Shown here piece by piece: positions 60,424 to 64,000 of a stretch of 64,000 nt of DNA; position 1 is the stretch's first letter, and each line of letters starts with the position of its first letter. The stretch is from Gracilinanus agilis (taxonomy: Eukaryota). Where the stretch lies: the NCBI RefSeq assembly GCF_016433145.1, contig NC_058131.1, positions 270,023,441-270,087,440 on the forward strand, written 5' to 3'. A program made the translations under genes and the position numbers. The notes below the pieces were generated by a model. The model was given only the letters and a program-made list of their open reading frames with translations. It did not search any database and was not told where the DNA came from.

Positions 60424-60890
60424 GCTTAGCGGCTTAGCATCTTTAAAGGAACAGGATACTCCCTTTCTAGAAACAGCCCCAAAATTCTTGTGTTCTGTGT
60501 TGCATCTTTATCGCTGCTGTGAATTCTCTTGTAGCCCTGATGATAAAGCCCATACCAGGTACAAGGCATTTGGAGATACCTCCTAGGCCAGTGTGGGATC
60601 TGCCCTGAAGGAGGCTGCCTGAAGAAGTGTTGCTTGCCTAGAACAAGGATAGTCCACAAAAAAACGCTAAAGGTCTGGCTTAAGGCATCTTATTCCAGCT
60701 CTCTCTTATTTCCCTGACTTCCAGAAAGTATTTTGCAGTATTTCCCCTGCCTGTCCAATAGATGAAATTACTTGAATTTACCTTTAACTGGGGTGAAAGA
60801 GAATTTTTGAGACTGGGATGGGGAAGGAAAACATACAATCAGAGAATGTCAGATCTGGAAGCAGCCTTAAGAGTTTATCATGGGGGGAGA

Positions 60891-61140
60891 GGGGGGGCAG
60901 CTGGGTAGCTCAGTGGATTGAGAGCCAGGCCTAGAGACAGGAGGTCCTAGGTTCAAATTTGACCTCAGACACTTCCCAGCTGTGTGACCCTGGGCAAGTC
61001 ACTTAATCCTTATTTGCCTTAGTTCCTCCTTTGTAAAATGAACTAGAGAAGGAAATGGCAAACCACTCCAGTATCTTTGCAAAGAAAACTCCAAATGGAG
61101 TCATGAAGAACCGGACATGATTGAAAAAGACAACAACAAT
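60891..61140 (+). mobile_element. Chimeric SINE: SINE1_Mdo head joined to a MAR1 tail
   Basis: Near-consensus SINE1 head up to gtgaccctgggcaagtcactt, then MAR1 tail aatccttatttgcc..gagaaggaaatggcaaaccactccagtatctttgc..caacaac. Confidence 0.8.
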
Positions 61141-61859
61141 GCAGTCCATATTTGTTCTTTATAAATCTATACCCTAGTTCATAATATATTTAAGATTGTC
61201 TATTATTTACCAAATGCAATCCTAGTAAATGATTGTTGCTAAGAAATGTAGCTAGAGAAAGCTATAACTACTTAGAGTAAAGGCTCAATTATACTCTGAG
61301 GAACAAGTCTCCAGGCAGTTCCCCTTGGTTATTGGTCATGCTAATTAGGCACAGAAACCTCCTAAGGAAGGATTTCTTGATTGTTTTTCTCTTTCCTATG
61401 TAATTTATGACAATTTCATCATTTTGCCTTACATTGCCAACTACTGTGAGGGTCTTTTTGTGAAAGTGGATTCTGCTCTGCCCAGCCCAAGAGAAATAGT
61501 TTTCTCTATAACACCCTGATTCCAAAAGATAACAATTTTTTCCCCTTCCATCCTAGGTAGCTAGGTGGTGGTGTGGGTAGAATTCTGGACCTAGAGTCAG
61601 GGAGGCTTCAATTTAAATTTGGCCTTTGATATGTACTAGCTGTGTGACCCTGGGCAAGTCACTCTCTTTGCTTCAATTTCCTCATCTATAAAACAGGAAT
61701 AATAATGGCACCTACCTCCTAGGGCTGTCATGAAGATCAAATGAAATGATAATTACAAAGCACTATATAAATAGTAACTATTATTATTGTCCTAAACAGA
61801 TATAAAATGGATAAGTCCTTCACATCCCTCTCACTATCCCATTCAGGCAAGCCATGCCT

Positions 61860-62530
61860 TGGAATCCCTGGGAATAAAAACCCTGAAAAATCAAATAAAC
61901 TGATGCAAAGTAACATGAGCAGAACATCATACACAGTTAGAGCAATATTATATGATGAATAATTGTGGATAATTTGGCTATTCTCAGCAATTTAGCCACC
62001 CAAGACAATCCTCAAGGACTCATGTTAAGAGATGCCATCTAGGGGACAGCTGGGTAGCTCAGTGGATTGAGAGCCAGGTCTAGAGACTGGAGGTCCTAGG
62101 TTCAAATCTGCCCTCAGACACTTCCCAGCCGTGTGACCCTGGGCAAGTCACTTGACCCCCCATTACCTAGCCCTTACCACTCTTCTGCCTTGGAGCCAAT
62201 ACACAGTATTGACTCCAAGATGGAAGGTAAGGGTTAAAAAAAAAAAAGATGCCATCTACCTCCAGAGAAAGAACTGATGGAATTTGAATACACACTGAAA
62301 CACAGATTATGTTTCATTTATTTTTTCATTTCTGGGTTTTTAAAAATTCTCTTCTACAAAATGACGAATATGGAAAAATGTTTTACATGACTGCACGTGC
62401 AAAATCTATACCAGATTGTTTTCTATCTAAGTGAGGGGAGAGGAGAGGAGGGAGAGAAAATTTAGAACTCAAAATTAAAAATGAAGAATGTTAAAAGTTA
62501 TTTTTACATGCAACTGGGGAAAAATAAAAT
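61860..62530 (+). mobile_element. L1 3' end fragment carrying a SINE insertion
   Basis: aactgatgcaaagt..tggctattctcagcaat..[SINE]..cctccagagaaagaactgatgg..ggggaaaaataaaat, resembling 7850-8290. Confidence 0.75.
62042..62246 (+). mobile_element. SINE1_Mdo-like SINE
   Basis: Full-length copy; TSD agatgccatcta at 62030-62041 and 62247-62258. Confidence 0.95.
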
Positions 62531-63122
62531 CTCTATATATTTATTGAATATATTGATATATTGAAGTAGTGTAGTAGTGAGTAAGTGGACTGAACTTAGA
62601 GTCAGAAAGACCCGAGTCCAGATTCTACTTATTCTTTACGCCTCATTTATTTACTGTGTCACCCTGGGTGAGTCACTAAACCTCTCTCAGTCAGTTTCCT
62701 CAACTATAAAGAGGAAATAATATTAATATTAGTATTAATATTTCAATGATCCAAAAATAGAACCTATATAAAGCATTTTGCAAGCCTTAACGTGTTATGT
62801 AAATGCTGGCCATTATGTGTGACTTTGGTTTATAGAAAAAAGGAAAACTTGAAAGTCATCTTTGTTTTGGGGGATGCAAAATACCCAGGTGTGGATTAGC
62901 CAGCAATACTGACATCTGCAGGTACCTACCCCTGATTCCCCATCTCTGACTTGTGGAAAGCTATCTTTGGTTCAGAAATCCTCCTGAGGTTCTTGAATGG
63001 TACCAGATATCTTGCTATCATCCATTTGCTTCCTTCCTTCCCTTTTCCTCTTTGGCAGTTCTAAGAATGTAGGCCTCTGGTCTCAGACAACTGGTAGAAG
63101 CCCAACTCAAGACATGGACTGA

Positions 63123-63397
63123 GCTGGGCATAGTGGTTAGAGTCTGTAATATGTGCTACTGCCTGAGGCTGAGGCTGAGGCTGATGGGTTGAGCTGGAGA
63201 GTTCACAACTGCTGTTGGGCTAGAATATCCTCAGTAAGTCCTTCTGGCACTGATAGAGTGAGCAGAGGCTGCCTAAGGAAGGTCAAACTGATCCAGGTCA
63301 GAAAGGACACAGGCCAAGTTTCCATGCCAGTCAAGAGTACAATAAGGCCTTTGAGCACTTTAGCCTTGGTGGGATGGAGCGACCCAGACTCAAAAAA
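63123..63397 (+). pseudogene. Degenerate 7SL (SRP RNA) retrocopy or 7SL-derived repeat
   Basis: Collinear with 7SL: gctgggcatagtgg..ctgtaat..gctact..gaggctgaggc (Alu domain), aggctgcctaaggaagg..ccaggtcagaaa (S domain), cactttagcctt.. and an A-rich end. Confidence 0.8.
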
Positions 63398-64000
63398 GGT
63401 GGTGATAGCCTCAAAAGTATGGGGTTCACCTGGTCACCAGGAAGAAACCCAAAGCAGTTGTGGAACCAAAGCAGGAATATATATATGGTCAGGGAGTTAT
63501 GCCTAACCTGGGATGCTTAGCAGGTGTTTGTCCCCAGGTTCTTTTGACCAGTGCTCTGTTCTCCTGATGCTATCCCTAAGTTCCCTTAACTCCAAGGATT
63601 TCCAATCATTCCCAATCCAGAAGTAGCATCTCTGCCTGAAGCTTTCTGCAGATAATGAAGGAATGAATGAATAAATAAAAGAATGAATTTTTAAAAAAGT
63701 ATTTGCTAACAGCTTAATAATACCAGACACTGTGCTAAACCCTAGGGCAGAAATAAGTATCTGACATGTGCCAAACACTGTGCTATGTGCTTCTATAACT
63801 ATCTCCTTTGATCCTCATAATAACCCTTTGAGATAAGAACTATTATAATCCCCCTTTTACAGCTGAGGAGGCTGAGGCAAATAGAAGGTAAGTAACTTGC
63901 CCATGGTCACATAGCTAGAAAGTGTCCAAGGTTAGATTTGAACTCAGATCCTCTTGATTCCAGGTCCAGCTCTCTCCCTACCTATTGTCCTACTAGCTTG

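Noticed and set aside
63153-63506. 117-aa ORF
   Set aside because: It overlaps the 7SL-derived repeat, begins at a non-ATG codon and has no recognisable domain.
57200-64000. FUT7, expected downstream of POU5F3 by synteny
   Set aside because: No fucosyltransferase-like ORF or motif is visible; the gene probably lies beyond the window.

Overview
Eukaryotic window from a marsupial, most likely a didelphid opossum (Monodelphis-like), judged from many near-intact SINE1_Mdo-type and MAR1-type SINEs plus L1, L2 and hAT elements. Three intact spliced genes lie in tandem on the + strand; I reconstructed each exon by exon with GT-AG boundaries and consistent phase. They are ENTPD2 (9 exons, CDS 26-19025, 495 aa), NPDC1 (9 exons, CDS 25253-49013, about 352 aa) and POU5F3/POU2 (5 exons, CDS 53871-57186, 470 aa), the Oct4 paralogue lost in eutherians. 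FUT7, expected downstream by synteny, is not visible. No prokaryote-type system is present. The least explained features are: a decayed, strand-oriented tandem array rich in CGCCAT and AGACC just inside NPDC1 intron 1; several NPDC1 oddities (an in-frame uORF stopping one codon before the start, a lost and shifted exon-8 donor, an exon-3 junction that regenerates a 5' splice site, and a GPR-repeat tail); an interrupted poly-Ser insert and octamer sites at POU5F3; and TE oddities (a SINE carrying an 18-nt insert matching a site 2.2 kb away, a SINE1/MAR1 chimera, and two hAT MITEs with shared ends but different interiors). All was read by eye with no alignments or searches run; orthologue comparisons and repeat names are from memory, and most repeat boundaries are approximate.
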